A stretch of 64,000 nucleotides of DNA from Phaeosaccion multiseriatum (GCA_965112735.1 OZ218950.1:1612001-1676000); one strand, 5' to 3'. Positions 49,515 to 63,156 are shown, counted from the stretch's first letter. Made by a program: numbers and translations. Notes: a model not told the origin generated them from the sequence alone.

Positions 49515-52500
49515 TCAAAACGTCTCGATGTCCACACAGTGCTGAAATCGCTCCAACGCCGCGAGGAAGGGGCTGCTTTCGCCTCGAAAGGCCGCCGCCA
49601 CCTTCCCCCCGGGGGACCCCTCTCTCCAAAAGGCCTCTGCATGCCTTGCCAGGCGGTCCTCCTCCTCCAAGTGCCGCTGCTGCTGCTGCCTCCCACTAGG
49701 CTGCTCATGCTGCTTATGCTGAAACCGCGTCCGATACGCTGCTGGTGAAGTATAGCCCTCTTGTGTTGTCCCCTTTCGCCCCACCAAGGGGGTCCTGAAT
49801 CCTCTTTCAGTAGGACCACTGCCAGCCGACGGTGGTACAGCCTCAGCAGTTGGTGGTACAGCAGCGTCGGGGCAAGAAGAGGATGTGGCGTCGAGGCAGC
49901 TCAAGACCGCCTCTGGTCCTCTCTCCGTCCCCTCCTCCTCTAGCTCTTCCTCCTCCTCCCCCTCCTTCTCCTCCTCCTCCTCTTCCTCCTCCTCCTCCTC
50001 CTCCTCCTCCTCGTCCTCCTCCTCCCCCTCCTCCCCCTCTTCCTCCTCCTCCCCCTCCTCCCTCTCCTCCCCCTCCTCCTCCTCCTCCTCCTCATCCTCC
50101 CCCGCCCTCTCTCGATACAGTGGCGTGGCCCCATCATCTCGTCGAGCAAGAATCAAGGTGGAGGCATCACTGACCGATGACAAGGGCGGCTCCCGCTGCC
50201 CCCGCTGCTGCACTCGGTCATGGTCATGCTGCTGTTGGTGCTTCTTCGTTTCCTGCCTCTGCCTCTGCTCCCACGGCAACACTCGCTTGGTTCGCCCAGC
50301 CGCCCTGGATGGAGACATGTGCTGCTGCTGCTGCCCCTCCGGGGAAGAGAGGTCAGAGACAGGTCCCCAAGGGGAGAGTCGTCGAGGCGAGCTCTCCGGG
50401 CTGACAGCGGCAGGCATATGGGCAGGCATATGGGCAGGCATACGGGCAGGCATATGGGCCGTGTGGGTGGGGGGAGTGCACGGGCCCAAGTGTGGATGCG
50501 GGTGTGGATGTGGGGGTGAGGTGGGGCAGGCCTCTGGGGATGCGACGCCGTCCTCCGTGGCCAGTGTATACTTGGCCGAAAGAGGGTGTTGCTGTATCAC
50601 CAACTGCTGCGGAAGAGGAGGATGATCCTGGTGCTGGCTGCGCTGCTCCTCCTCTCGGTTTTGATACCGATGTTGTTGTTGTTGTTGCTGCTGCTGCTGC
50701 TGCTGGTGTATTCTCTTCTGCCCCTTCTTCTCACGCCTCTCATCCCGCTTCCACGCTTGCCTTCTCTTGCTCTGCTCACCCCCCAGCGCAACCAAGCTCC
50801 GCTCGAGGCGACTGACGTACTCCTCCTGCGACAGCAGTCTGTTGGCCCCTTCCCTTCTTTGCCTCTCTGCCTCGCGGCACTGCTGCTCAATCTTTAGTGC
50901 ATGCTTCTCGAGCTTACCAATTTGCTCATGCGCCACCTTACGTATGATTAGGTGTGTGTGGGGGGTGCGAATGCCATCAAAGTCCGGACAGCATAAAGAA
51001 TTGGATACACAGTCAGTCAGTGAGTCAGTCAGTCAGTCAGTCAGTCAGTCAGTCAGTCAGTCAGTCAGTCAGTCAGTCAGTCAGTCAGTCAGTCAGTCAG
51101 TCACTCAGTCAGTCAGTCACTCAGTCAGTCAGTCAGTCAGTCAGTCAGTCAGTCAGTCAGTCAGTCAGTCAGTCAGTCAGCCAGTCAATCAGTCAGCCAG
51201 TCAGTCAGTGAGTCAGTCAATCAGTCAGTGAGTCAGTCAATCAGTCCGCCAGATAGTGATGTGCAGTCCCAGTCATTCTCTTGGGGGGGGCGGATGAGAG
51301 ACTCTGTAGGTAGATCACTCACCAAGACAAGGGGAACGTGCACACTTCGTTCCTCATGGGGCAATCATACCTACTCTCAAGCAAGCAACGCGCACACGCT
51401 ACCCACACGCACACGATAGTACCCACAATGTCCTCCTCCTCACTCACAAACTCCGTACCTTGAGAATGTGCCTCTGGTTCACCTTCCGCAGAGCGATTTC
51501 CTTCTGCAGCTGCCCTTCCTTCTGCCCCCGCTTTCGAGCCTCCTCCGCCAGCTTCTTGGCCTCCCCCCTCGCCTCTGCCAGCTGCTGCATCAAAAGCAGC
51601 CGCTCGTGTCTCCCCTCCAGCGCCGACAGGGCCACTCGGTCTGCCACCTCCCGCCTGTGGTGATCGTCTGGACTCAAATTGTCCAGCCGCTGGAGCTCCG
51701 TCAACAGGGCCTGGGCGGGGACTGCAAAGGCGGCATTCCCCATGGCCTTCCTCATCCCCTCTTTGGCCAGCACGTCTGCCAGCAGCTCTCTGGCCCGCAG
51801 CAGTTTCACCTCCAGGACATCGCTCCGATTGCGCTCCGCCGACAGTGTAGCCGTCAAGAGCGCTTCGCTCTCCCTCCTTCGGCTCTTCTGGGGGGACATG
51901 CTTTCGGCCCCGCCGCCTCCTCCTCCTCCTCCTCCTCCTCCTCCTCCTCCTCCTCCTCCTCCTCCTCCTCCTCCTCCTCCTCCTCCTCCTCCTCCTCCTC
52001 CTCCTCCTCTTCGGAGAGGGGATGCTGCTGCTCGACCTGGTTCCGCTGGCTTCCCTGCTTTCCTCTGCAGCAGGTCCCCGAAATGCGACGGCGGAACTGA
52101 TCCTGACGAGCAGCGCAACGACGGAGACAAGTCGAGTCCCACCCCAAGACAGGCCGACATATCGGCTTCAACTTTGGTCAATAGAGCTGCGGTAGCCGAG
52201 GCTTGGCTCTCCTCGAAGCTCACCTCGTGCTCTTGCGCCCCTTCCTGCTGCTGCTGCTGCTGTCGCTTCGTGTGGAGGCGGGTGGCACCCGAAGGTGACC
52301 GACAAGCCGCCGAGGACGAAAAGGTGCTCGACAGGAACCCTGTGTCGGATGAGGAGCGAGGCGACAGGCTGAAGGATTTCCCACCTACTGGAGAGCGATG
52401 CCCTGGGGAGAGTCTTCCAGCAGATGTGGGTGAAACACAGGAGAGCTCGCACAGCTCATCATACCACGCTCTCGCACAATGGCTCTCCCTTTCCCCACTC

Positions 52501-52760
52501 CTCCGGCCCCTGCTGCAGTTTGTGCCTTCCTCCTCATAGCGCCTGCGACGATACGGCTGCGGTTGCGGTTGCTGCTTCTTTTCTTTTTGCTTCTCGAGCT
52601 TTTCCTGGCATTGGTCCTGCTGACACTTCTCCTGCTGCTCGTACCGGTGCACCTGGCAGTCTTGATGGCGAGAGTGGCTCGGCCTCTCTACTGCTGCCGC
52701 TTCGGCTCTGGCTGCTCGGCTCCTTACAAGAGGCCTTTTCCTCACTGCCGGAGCAAACAT
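49515..52760 (-). CDS. Hypothetical coiled-coil / low-complexity protein, 2 exons
   Basis: Exon 52760-51459, GT-AG intron containing (GACT)n, exon 50936-49515 in frame; heptad-rich central region. Confidence 0.7.
51010..51246. repeat. (AGTC)n intronic microsatellite
   Basis: Read directly. Confidence 0.95.
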
Positions 52761-52939
52761 GATTGCCGCCTCCTTTCGCGTCTTCCTCTGCTATAGAGGC
52801 TTCATTTTTCACTTAGAGAGCGAGAGCGTTTGAACCGTGAGAAGTATAGGGCACACCAGTTAGTAAGTCATGGCGCGTAACGGCTGTGCCGTCGGATCGA
52901 GACTTCCGTCTCATACTGCAATTAGTTTGCGCAGCTGCT

Positions 52940-55900
52940 ATGCAGTTCCCGAGCGATAGCGCCAATGCGCAGCTCAAGAGGAGGACTGCGCAGGAGCAGC
53001 AGCACCAGGACTACGTCCAATACCTCGAGCAGCAGCGCCGGCAACAGCAGGAAGGCGGCAGGAGAGGAGGGGTGAGAGGGGGGTGGGGGGGAACGCGAAC
53101 AACTACCCTACGCCTGCCGCGGCGTACTTGCAATCCATGGATGACACCTCCACCCTTCGAAGACCTGTTCCTGTGCAGCGGCCTCCCGCCGGTGGTAGCA
53201 CTGGGAAGCTGCCCAATATCAGACGGGTCGCCGCGCCTTTGGACGGAGGCTTCAGCAACCAGCAGGAGGGGGGGGGGGAGGCTGCTGACTACCTGTTGCG
53301 GCGGCGGCAGCAGCAGCAGCAGCAGAAACTTCAAGAGCGAGAGTGGGGTGATGGAGGAGGGGGAGAAGGAGACGATGGGAAATATTCACAACCACACCGC
53401 GGCGGGGGTGAGGGTGGGCCGGCCGTCCTGGGAGGAGCAGCTGGAGGAGGAGGAGGAGGAGGAGAAGGGGGAGGCGGAGGGGGAGGGGGGGGCGGAGGGG
53501 TGGGAGGAACTCTGCGCACAATATTGAACGAGGTGACGAGGCTGCAGGTGCAGCAGACAGACCAGCACCAAGCCATGCAGGCCGTGCAAGACAGGCTGGA
53601 GGCGGAGGCCCAGAGAAGGCACGCCATGGAGAGGCGATTCATGGCACTGTCGCAGAAGATCGACGGGGTCATGAGCGACCAAGTGTCGCTGCAGTCGTCC
53701 GTTAACGTGGACGAGCTGTCTCTAGGAGAAGTGCGAGAGCAGGTACGTACGCGATTTCGTGTGGACGACCGTTCCTTGGGGCCGGTCTCAAAAGGACGTG
53801 ACACAAAGGGCAGGGATCAATTTGTGGCAATGGGTCGAGCGATGGGAGTGGTGATGCTAGTGTGTGGGGTGGAGAAGAAGTTTAGAGGGGAAGAAGGACG
53901 GGGAGGGGAGGGGGCATGAAGAGAGAGACGGTGCACGAAAGAGGACAGTGGAGTGGAGTAAACGAAGTATCATCATACGTTCTCGAAAGCGAAGGAGCGG
54001 AGGAAGGACAAAATCTATCCACGCCGCCCCGCTTCTCTTTCCCACTGCTCACGCCACCCTTTGTATCGTCGTCGTCATTTGTGGTCCGTCGTTGGCTTGT
54101 TGTGGTTCGGGTTGTGTCGGTTCCTGACAGCTGCGTGACTTGGCGAGCGAAGTCCGAGGGCAGCACGCAGAGCTGGCCCGAGAAAAGGAGAGGGAAAAGA
54201 GCAGAGAAACTACCACGCAAGCCCAGCTTCGCCTGCTGGAGAGCGAGGCTTCTAACCGAGAGGAGAAGGAGGACAAGCGCGCGGGTCGGTTGACAGACGC
54301 ATTGGTGGCGGTGGGCAAGGACCTCGAAACCATCAGGGAGACCTCCAGGCAAGAGGTAGGCAAGCTGCAAGAGCGCAGCAGCAATCTCGAGGTTGCTCTG
54401 ACGGGGGAGAGCAAGGCCGGAAGGGAGTTTAGAGCACGCGTGAGGGAGGAGCTTCTCGGGGTGGCGCAGGCGGGCAGGGATGTCTCTGTGAGGACTGAGC
54501 AGCTCACTGAACAAGTGGGTGCACTCGGCATTCGGCAGCAACAGATGGCGGAGCAGGTGGAGGGCCTGGTGGTGGGAGTTGGGGAGGACCGGCTCCGACT
54601 GAAGGACGTGGTGGTTGCCGGGGCAGAGGCAAGGGTGCAGGAGCTCCTAGTCGGGGAGGAGCTGAAGCAACATACACGGGCGGTGGTGGAGCAAGTCGTG
54701 ATTCAGGAGAGTAATCTGCCCGGTGCGTTGGCGACGCTTGAAGACCGAACTGCGCAAGCGGAGGAGTCCATCGCGCGCATCAACGGTGAGGTTCTGACGT
54801 CGCTCGAGCGGCATGTGGGAGGGGTGAGAGAGCAAGTTTTGACCTTGGAGAACAGCAGTAGGACCAGTCAGGCGGATTTCCGAGAGGACGTGGTCCAAGA
54901 GTTGGGCAAGCTGGAGACCCAATTCACCGGGCAGCTGACAGAGCTACAGGACGTGCTTAGTGCGGAGATTACTGCCCGGAGGAGAGCCGCGGTGAAGCTG
55001 GCGGAGGCGCAGCAGCAGCTTCAGAAGGGCGAGCAGGACGATATTCTAATGACCTCTGCGGCTATGCAAGCCAGGTGTGACGAGCTTGAGGTACAACTTA
55101 CCAACCTCACGGAGGAGTCCAGAGATGCTCAGGATGCCCTCTCGGCCCAGGTCAAGATACAGGTCAAGCAGGCACAGGACAAGGCCGGGCGATCATATCA
55201 CCAACTGGTGGAGGACGTGAGCGAGTTGCGCACGAGTGTGAAGGAGGTGTCCACCGAGCAGGGGGAGGCCGCGGGCAGGCTGCAAGGGAGACTGGAGGAG
55301 GCGATTATGTCAATGAGAGCCCTGTGGAAGGAGGAGACGGAGGCACGAGAGCGGGGAGAGCTCAAGCTGAGTACAGGGCTGGGGAGGGCGGAGGAGGACA
55401 TTCGAGCAGGGAAGGAGGCCTGCCGGCAGGGGGAGGAGCGCTCCAAGGAGGCGCTGAACGCGACTCGGAAACCACTAGAGAAGGTGAGATTGCGTACGGG
55501 CGTGCGTGCGTGTGCATGTGTGTGTGTGCGTGTGTATGTGTGAGTGTGTGCGTGTGTGCGTAATCGTGCCAAGGCCTATGTGTATATTATGTGCATGTAC
55601 GTGTGTGGTTCATGTATGTATTCCTATATACATATATATGTGTGTGTATGTGTGTGTGCGTGCAATGACCCCCTCCGCCCCCACCCTTATCTCGTCATCT
55701 CAGGTGGATGAGGAGCTACGTGCAGCGGTGAAGGAGTGGAGGGAGGGGCTAGAGGAGCAGTTGGTGATACAGCACAACAGGCTGCAGGAGGAACAGGAGC
55801 GACAGAGAGTCAGTCTTGTGGCGCAGCTCAAGGAGGGGCGCGCTCTCCTCGAAGATGAGGGAAGGGAGAGGAGAATGGCCCTCGCCACTGTGCAGGTACA

Positions 55901-56323
55901 GCTGGGCTGATTCGATTGGTTTGGTTGGTTTGGTTGGTGGATTGATTGATTGGTTGGTTGGTTGGTTGGTTGGTTGGTTGGTGGGTTGGTTGGGTTTGGT
56001 TGGTTGGTTGGTTGGTTGATTGGTGGGTTGGGGGGTTGATTTGGTGATTGTTTGCTTGGCTGATAGACTTGACTGACAGTCTGTCCGTCTATCTGCGTAC
56101 CTGTCTGTCCGTCTACCTGTTTGTTTGTCTGTCTGCCTACCTGTCCACCAACCCCCCCACTTAGGAGCGCATTGTGGAGCAGAGCAAGACCCTGAACGAG
56201 AAGGCGCGTCTCGGCATGGAGGAGCGCCTCGGGAGGGAAAGGAGCACCACGCAGCAGAGCTTGGCCAGGGTGCAGGTGCGTGCGTGCGTCCCCAACATTG
56301 ACACACACACAAACACACACACA

Positions 56324-56372
<49 letters not shown>

Positions 56373-57529
56373 GCATACATCCATACACGCACATGGTCGC
56401 TGCTCAATGAACCGTCCTTTGATGCCGAACCTCTCTCTTCCTTGCCTCCCTCCCTCCCTCCCTCCCCCCCCCTTCTCCTCCCTTGGGGTGGGCAGGCACA
56501 CAACGAGATGGTCAAGTCTTTGCTGGACGAGGCGGTGAGGGCACTGTCAGAGAGTGTGGACAGGGTCAGCTTCGACGACGAGCGCAGGGGCAAGGGCATC
56601 GAGGAGGTGCGTGTGAGGGGTTCGGATCAGGCTTCCGTGGTCAGGGTTAGGGCCGGGTCAGACTCGAACGTTTTCGGGGCTCGACTCTACTTTTGCTTCT
56701 TCGCACTCTCACTCTCTCACACTCTCTGTGTGCGCGTGCGTGTGTGTACATGTGTGTGTGTGTGCGTGCACGTACACCAGGTGATGGACATCCGCGTGGG
56801 AGCCCTCGAGCGGCAGCTCAATGCCGTGGACGAAGCCGCCGCTAAGAAGCGCACAATGGCAGGCATGCAGAGCGAAACCGTCGCCTCCTTCAAGCGGGTA
56901 GACCGACAGATGCGGAAGGTGGGTGGGGAGGTACTAAGTCAAAAAGTGAATGGACGGGTGGGCGGGTGGGTGGGCAGGTGGGTTGGTACGTGGGTGGGTG
57001 CGTGGGCGGTACGGATGAGTAGGTGGATGGGTGGGTGTGGGTCGGTGAATTGGGAGGGGCAGATGCGTTTCGGTGTTCTGAGTCTCAGTTTCGGGCTCTT
57101 TTTTCCCCACACATACGTACTTCTTAGGTTGATTCCTATAAGTCAACAAAGTCCCTTTTCACAGGAAGCCACCTACCCTGCCCCCCTTGCACCACAGGTC
57201 GAGGCCGAGCTCAAAGCGGAGGCAGAGGTCAAACTGGTGGTGTCTGGCCTCGTCAGCGGGGTGGTGGAGAGGGAGGAGGAGGAGTCCCTTCGGCATCTTC
57301 GCGAGCTCGAGGAGAGCCGAGCAGCGGCCACAAAGCGCTCACTGCTGAGCGACATTGGCCGCGTTTCACAAGCGGTGGCGGGGATGGATTCACAGATGGC
57401 GAGCATGCGCAGAGACGTGATGGTGGTACGTGGAATGTTGAAATGAGAAGCACACTGCAAGTGTGCATGTGAAGTGAAGGGGAACGTGAAGTGAAGTGAA
57501 GCGAATGTGAAAAGGGGCGAGTGTGAAGA

Positions 57530-57561
<32 letters not shown>

Positions 57562-58547
57562 CATGGGTGTGTATGTGTGTACTTTTTGCCTTTGCTCATT
57601 GATTCAGTCCTTAGTTGCTTCTAAATCCCCCTCGAGGGCCTTCAACGCGGCCCTTTCGAAGGGAGGAGAGCGAAGAAAGCCGCTGTTGAACACTCATTCC
57701 CCTTCCTGTCCTTTGCGTCCAATGAGGGTGCTGATAGTCCGGGCCAGAGCTGCTTGCTTCTGTCACCCTTTGCTCATGCGAACACCCCTGCTTTGCCTTG
57801 CCTTGCCTTGCTTTGCTTTGCTTTGTTTGCTTCGCTTGCCCCCCGCTTCGCCCCACGTCCCATATCTCTTATCTACACACCTGCTGCTTCACTTCACTTC
57901 AGATCACGGCTGAGATGGGCCAAGCCCAAGCCAGCAGCCAATACAAGCATTCACTAGTCCTGCAGCAACTGGAGACACTAAGCAATAGGGCCGAGTGTCA
58001 GGACGTTCTGTCGGGTATTGTGTCACAGTTGGAGACTGCTGAGATGCGCGAACAGGTGGAGGACGAGGTGGACGCCAAGGGGAGGATGATCAAGACGCGC
58101 ATGGGGGACAGCGTTGGGAAGGTCGAAGCGGAGGTCGGAGAGGTGAGGCGGGGCGGGAGTACACACATCTTGCTGCGCTCTCACCAACTGCTGCTGCTGT
58201 TGACACCTCAAGCCCTCCTCCTTTCCTTTCCCGCTACTCTCTCCCCTTGCTCATTCACGCCCCACCCCTCCCCCTAAGTCAACAAACACCCACCCCATAC
58301 ACATACGCACTCACCTCCCTCTCCATCCTCCATTTGTGAACCACTGAACGACCAACAGGTGGAGTCCAAGGTGTCAGGCCTGACCGCTCGTGTGGAGCAG
58401 CTCAACAGAATTGTGTCTTCCCTTCAGGGCTTGCTGAAGGTCAGACTGGCCAGGGATGAGGATTTGGAGCACAAGATCACTCAGCTCGAGGGCCAAGTGA
58501 GCAGTCAAGGCCACGTGACCAGCCAAGCAAGCCGAGATGAAGGCGGG

Positions 58548-58586
<39 letters not shown>

Positions 58587-60113
58587 GGAATTGGAGGTAG
58601 CAGCAACGTAGCAGGAGGTGTGCTTGGCGGTGTGGGTGAAGGCGGAGGTGGAGATGGAGATGGAGGAGGAGGAGGAGGGGGAGGAGGTGGAGGAGGAGGA
58701 GGAGGAGGAGCGAGTGGGGATGCTGCTGTTACCGCTGCTGATGAAACACCAACCGCTGCTACTGCTGCATCGCCAACTGCTGCTGCTGCGTCACCAACTG
58801 TTGATGATGAATCGCCAACTGCAGCTGCTGAATCACCAACTGCAGCCACGGAAAAAGATGCCACCAAAGTGCCGCTTGAGTCACCGGACACTTCCCTGCG
58901 CTCAGTTGAAGGAATAGAAAAGGTAGTGAAGAACGATGAGGACGGAGCAGAAGAGGAGGAAGAGAAGGGGGAAGGGGAGAAGGAGGAGGAGGAGGAGGAG
59001 GAGGAGGAGGAGGAGGAGGAGGAGGAACGCGGGGTGCATGAAGAGAGGGAGACGCAGCAGCAGGAGGAGGAGGAGGACGAGGAGGAGGACGAGGAGGAGG
59101 AGGAGGAGGAGGAGGAGGAGGAGGAGGAGGAAGGTGAGAAGGAAGAGGATGAAAGTGCGGAAGAGGAGAGCGGGGAGGAGGAGAAGGAGGAAGAGGAAAG
59201 TGGGGAGGAGGAGGAAGAGGAGGAGGAAGAGGAGAGTGAGGAGGAGGAGGAGGAGGAGGAGGAGGAGGAGGAGGAGGAGGAGGAGGAGGAGGAGGAGGAG
59301 GAGGAGGAAAGTGGGGAGGAGGAGGAGGAGGAGGAGGAGGAGGAGGAGGAGGAGGAGGAGGAGGAGGAGGAGGAGGAGGAGGAGGACGAGGAGGAGGAGG
59401 ACGAGGAGGAGGAGGACGACGACGACGAAAGTGGGGAGGAAGAGGAGGAAGAAGAGGGTGAAAGTGAGGAGGAAGAGGATGAAAGTGCGGATGAGGAGAG
59501 TGAGGAGGAGAAGGAGGAAGAGGAAAGGGGGGAGGAGGAGGAGGAGGAGGAGGAGGAGGAGGAGGAGGAGGAGGAGGAGGAGGAGGACGAGGACGAAGAG
59601 GAGGAGGGGGACGAGGACGAAGAGGAGGAGGGGGAGGAGAAGAAGAAGGAGAAGAGAGAGGAGGTGGAGGAAAGTGAGGAGGAAGACGAGGACAGTGAGG
59701 AGGAGGAAGAGGAGGAGGAGGAGGAGGAGGAGGAGGAGGAGGAGGAGGAGGAGGAGGAGGAGGAAAGTGAGGAGGATGAGGAAGAGGAGGAGGGGGAGGA
59801 GAAGAAGGAGAAGAGAGAGGAGGTGGAGGAAAGTGGGGAGGAGGAGGAAGAGGAGGAGGAAGAGGAGGAGGAAAGTGAGGAAGAGGAGGAGGAAAGTGAG
59901 GAAGAGGAGGAGGAAAGAGAGGAAGAGGAGGAGCAGAGAAAGGGAGCGACAAAGGGACAGGTGAGGAAGGCTACGACAGGGAAGGGGGAAACAGATCGAC
60001 AAGAAGAGGAGGACAGTGAGGAAGAGGAGGAGGAAGGCGGAGTGAAGGGGGTGAGGAAAGAGAGGAGTAGTTCACAAGCCGAGAAGCCGTCTAAGAGGGG
60101 CGGTAAGCGATAG
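52940..60113 (+). CDS. Very large coiled-coil protein with Glu-rich C-terminus; apparent frameshift in exon 1
   Basis: Successive heptad-rich exons (to 53742, 54131-55483, 55704-55895, 56165-56275, 56496-56606, 56781-56918, 57198-57423/6, 57903-58142, 58359-60113) separated by GT-AG introns. ATG 52940 needs one extra G in the G-runs at 53078-53091 to join the downstream frame. Confidence 0.72.
57108..57146 (-). mobile_element. 33-bp dispersed intronic element with (TG)n tail, copy B
   Basis: Reverse complement reads TTGACTTATAGGAATCAACCTAAGAAGTACGTA-TGTGTG. Confidence 0.7.
58930..60040 (+). repeat. Coding (GAG)n-rich region, about 370 mostly acidic codons with internal duplications
   Basis: GGGGAGGAGAAGAAG..GAGAAGAGAGAGGAGGTGGAGGAAAGTG at about 59631 and 59792; recurring GAAAGTG(G/A)GGAG. 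Confidence 0.95.
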
Positions 60114-60528
60114 CGAGTGGGCTCCCCCCCCCCCCCTTCTCAATGGTACGCAGACTCTCCAAGTCGCGTCGCCACATACTTCGCTACGGCAAGTGCACAG
60201 ACGGAGAGAGAGGGCAGAGAGAGGGACAGACAGAATGGGGTGGGGGCTCGATCCCTACAACGCTTGCGCGTGACATCCCCTTCGGTGCAACCACTTACCG
60301 CGTGGGTGCGTGCGTGCGATGTATAGGCTTCGCCGTGAGTACCCGTCGTGGCTCGAAGGGAATCGAACCGACTCCCTTCACGGCAAGGCACCTCTATAAT
60401 ACACGTCACTGGAGCCAAGCTTGTTACTATTGCTCCAGTGACCACCTCCCCTCTTCTCCTTCTTCTGTTGATGTCTTTCGAACCACTTGTGATGCTCCTG
60501 AAGCACCAACTGCAGCCCCTCCTGCCTC

Positions 60529-63114
60529 TCATGCCCCTCCTGCCCCTCCTGCCTCTTCTGCCTCCTTTGGAAGAGCGAGAGGAGAAAGAGATAGTGGCCC
60601 TGTACGGTCGAGCCAGTAGCGATAGGAGAAGGTGGCGCCCCTCGAGCACTGAAGAATGAGAAGCCCCTCCCACACCCCCTGCAGGCTCTGCCCCTGCGGA
60701 GAGCATATCCAGGCAGCGGCAAGGGCACTGGAGAAGGCCATGGTCTTGGCTTCGTATAAGAAATCCTTGGGTGGGGTCAGAGGGGGAGGGGGAGGGGGAG
60801 GAGGGAGAAGAGGAGAGGGGGGGAGGGCGGTCAGGGGATGGCACCCGATGAGAGGGAAGGAGGGAGACGGAAGAGGGGGGAGGGGGAAGCGGGGAAGGGA
60901 AGGAGAGGGAGGAAGGGAGGAATGGGGAAGTACATCCCATCTATGTGCCCCACCTGAGATCCTTGCAAGACTGAGAGAGAGGCCACAGACGGGGAGGGAA
61001 GATGGCAATCAGAGGGGGGTGGGGGTGGGGGTGGGGATGTGAGAGAGAGAAAAGGAGAGCGAGGAGAGGAGCGCGAAGAGGGAAACACAGCAAAGGGAAG
61101 AGAGAGGAATACGTGAGCATGAAGGACACCGTCTCGAAGTAGCGGAGGGTACGAAAGAGGACACATTTATGTATAGAGCACGTACGCCCGCCCGCACATC
61201 CCTCTCCACACGCGCACACATGCATACGTACCCCCCTCCACACACACACACACACACACACGCAAACACACACACGCACACACACACAAACACACACACA
61301 CACAAACACACTCACACTCACACAAACACACACACACAAACGGACACGTACCTCCGTCGCCGACGAAGACGAAGAAGTTGAGGGGCTGCATGGCTCCGAT
61401 CAGCACCACGAGGGGGGCAACAAGGGACACCACGTCATCGTCCGGGGTGACTGGTGGAGGGAGGGAGGGGGGGAGGGACGGAGGGAGGGAGGAAGGGAGG
61501 GAGGGATGGAGGGTGAGAGGGGGGGAGGGAGGGAGGGAGGGTGAGAGGGGGGGAGGGAGGGAGGCAAGGAGGGAGGGAGGGACCGCCCAGTGAGTGAACA
61601 TGGTTGATGGGAACCTGCGCCGAGCAAAAGAAGGCAGCATTGCAGGCAAGGCCAACCCTGCACTGCTGCTGCCGCTGTACCACCAACTGCTGCCCGCCCT
61701 CCCTCCCTCCTCCACTCACATAACCTAGGCAGGGCGGGCCCCAGGACGAGGAAGGTGCCCATGAGCGCCACTCCCGTGCCCGCGGCCATGGCCAAGACCC
61801 GGTCCCCCACCCCACGAGCAGATGCTATGGATGACGCAGGGGGAAGGGACGGAAGGGAAGGAGTAGGGGTTCTTTGGTCTCGTCCTCCTCCTCGTCCTGC
61901 TCCTTCTTGTTCTTGCTCTTCGTCCCCTTCTCTTCCTCCTCCTCCTCCTCCTCCTCCTCCTTGGCTTCCTGTGCCGCCCTTGTCCTTGCCCTGCTCGGTC
62001 GCCACGAGGCCCTGTGCGGCGACGGCTAAGGAGTCGGCGCAGAAGGAGAGAAGGAGCCACAGCTGAGATGCCACCTGTGAAATTAAGAAGCGAATGAAAA
62101 GAAACACCACCACATCGATAGTGAGAAAGAGAGGTACGGATATGATTAGTATCATAAACATTATCTTTACTTCGAGCTCATAAGCTCTAATGACATGCAC
62201 CATGACTGACTTACTGACTTACTGACATACTGACATACTGACTAACTGACCTGATGGGCGGCGATGCTGAGGGGGCCGGAGTGTGCGGCGAAGCTGCTTG
62301 CGGTGGTGAGGCAGGCCTGCAGGCAGAGCGTCCGCCCAAAGACAGCCCCAGAGGCGGTCAGCAGGGGCGAGAGCTCACCCCATGGCAGAGGCTCCAGAGA
62401 GGGCCGAGCAGACACAGAAGTACTTGACACTGGGGCTGAGGCTGGAGAGGAGGAGGAGGAGGAGGAGGAGGAGGAGGAGGAGGAGGAGGAGGAGGAGGAG
62501 GAGGAGGAGGAGGAGGAGGTGCCTTGCGAGAGGAGGAAGAGGAAGGTGAGGGCGGCGGTCCACTCCGCGCAGACGGTGGCGAGGGCCGCGCCGGGGGCTC
62601 CCATGCCTAGGGTGAAGATGAACAGGGGGTCCTGATGATGATCGAGAGGGGTGATACAGGGGAGGGGAGCGGGATGGATGGACATTCATATGTATGGTAC
62701 GAGGGGTGGGAGGCTGTCACTAACTTTAGGGAGTCAACCTAAGAATTACGTATTGTGTGTGAGTGTGTATGTGGGTGTGGTACGGAGAGGATACAAGGAT
62801 AGGGTAGGTGCCAGAGTACGTGGAGAAAATAAGGCGCCGGAGTAGGTTGCAGACTGGTCAAACGACGGAGGCGAAGGAAGGTCTCAGTGAAGCCGGTGCG
62901 AGTTGATCAAAGAGATATGGGAGGGAAGGCCTGGAGCCTATAGTAGGGCTGTCTGCCTGTCTCTCTATCTCTCTTGTGAACCGCGCATTCCACTGACTTA
63001 CAAGCGCGAAGTTTATAAGGTTGGCGAGCAGCGCGATGAAAAGGGGTGTCCTGTGGGTGCGTGGGATGGAGATGGCAGTGGACACGGTGGGCACAAATGG
63101 CGACAGAAAGACAC

Positions 63115-63156
<42 letters not shown>

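Noticed and set aside
56640-56660. Telomere-like TTAGGG (also 27878, 33538)
   Set aside because: Only one or two degenerate units; expected by chance.
58759-60002. Long poly-Pro, poly-Leu and poly-Arg ORFs (also 32411-33537, 9372-10194, 10961-12000)
   Set aside because: Stop-free shadow frames of GAG, GGGA and CTCTC repeats.
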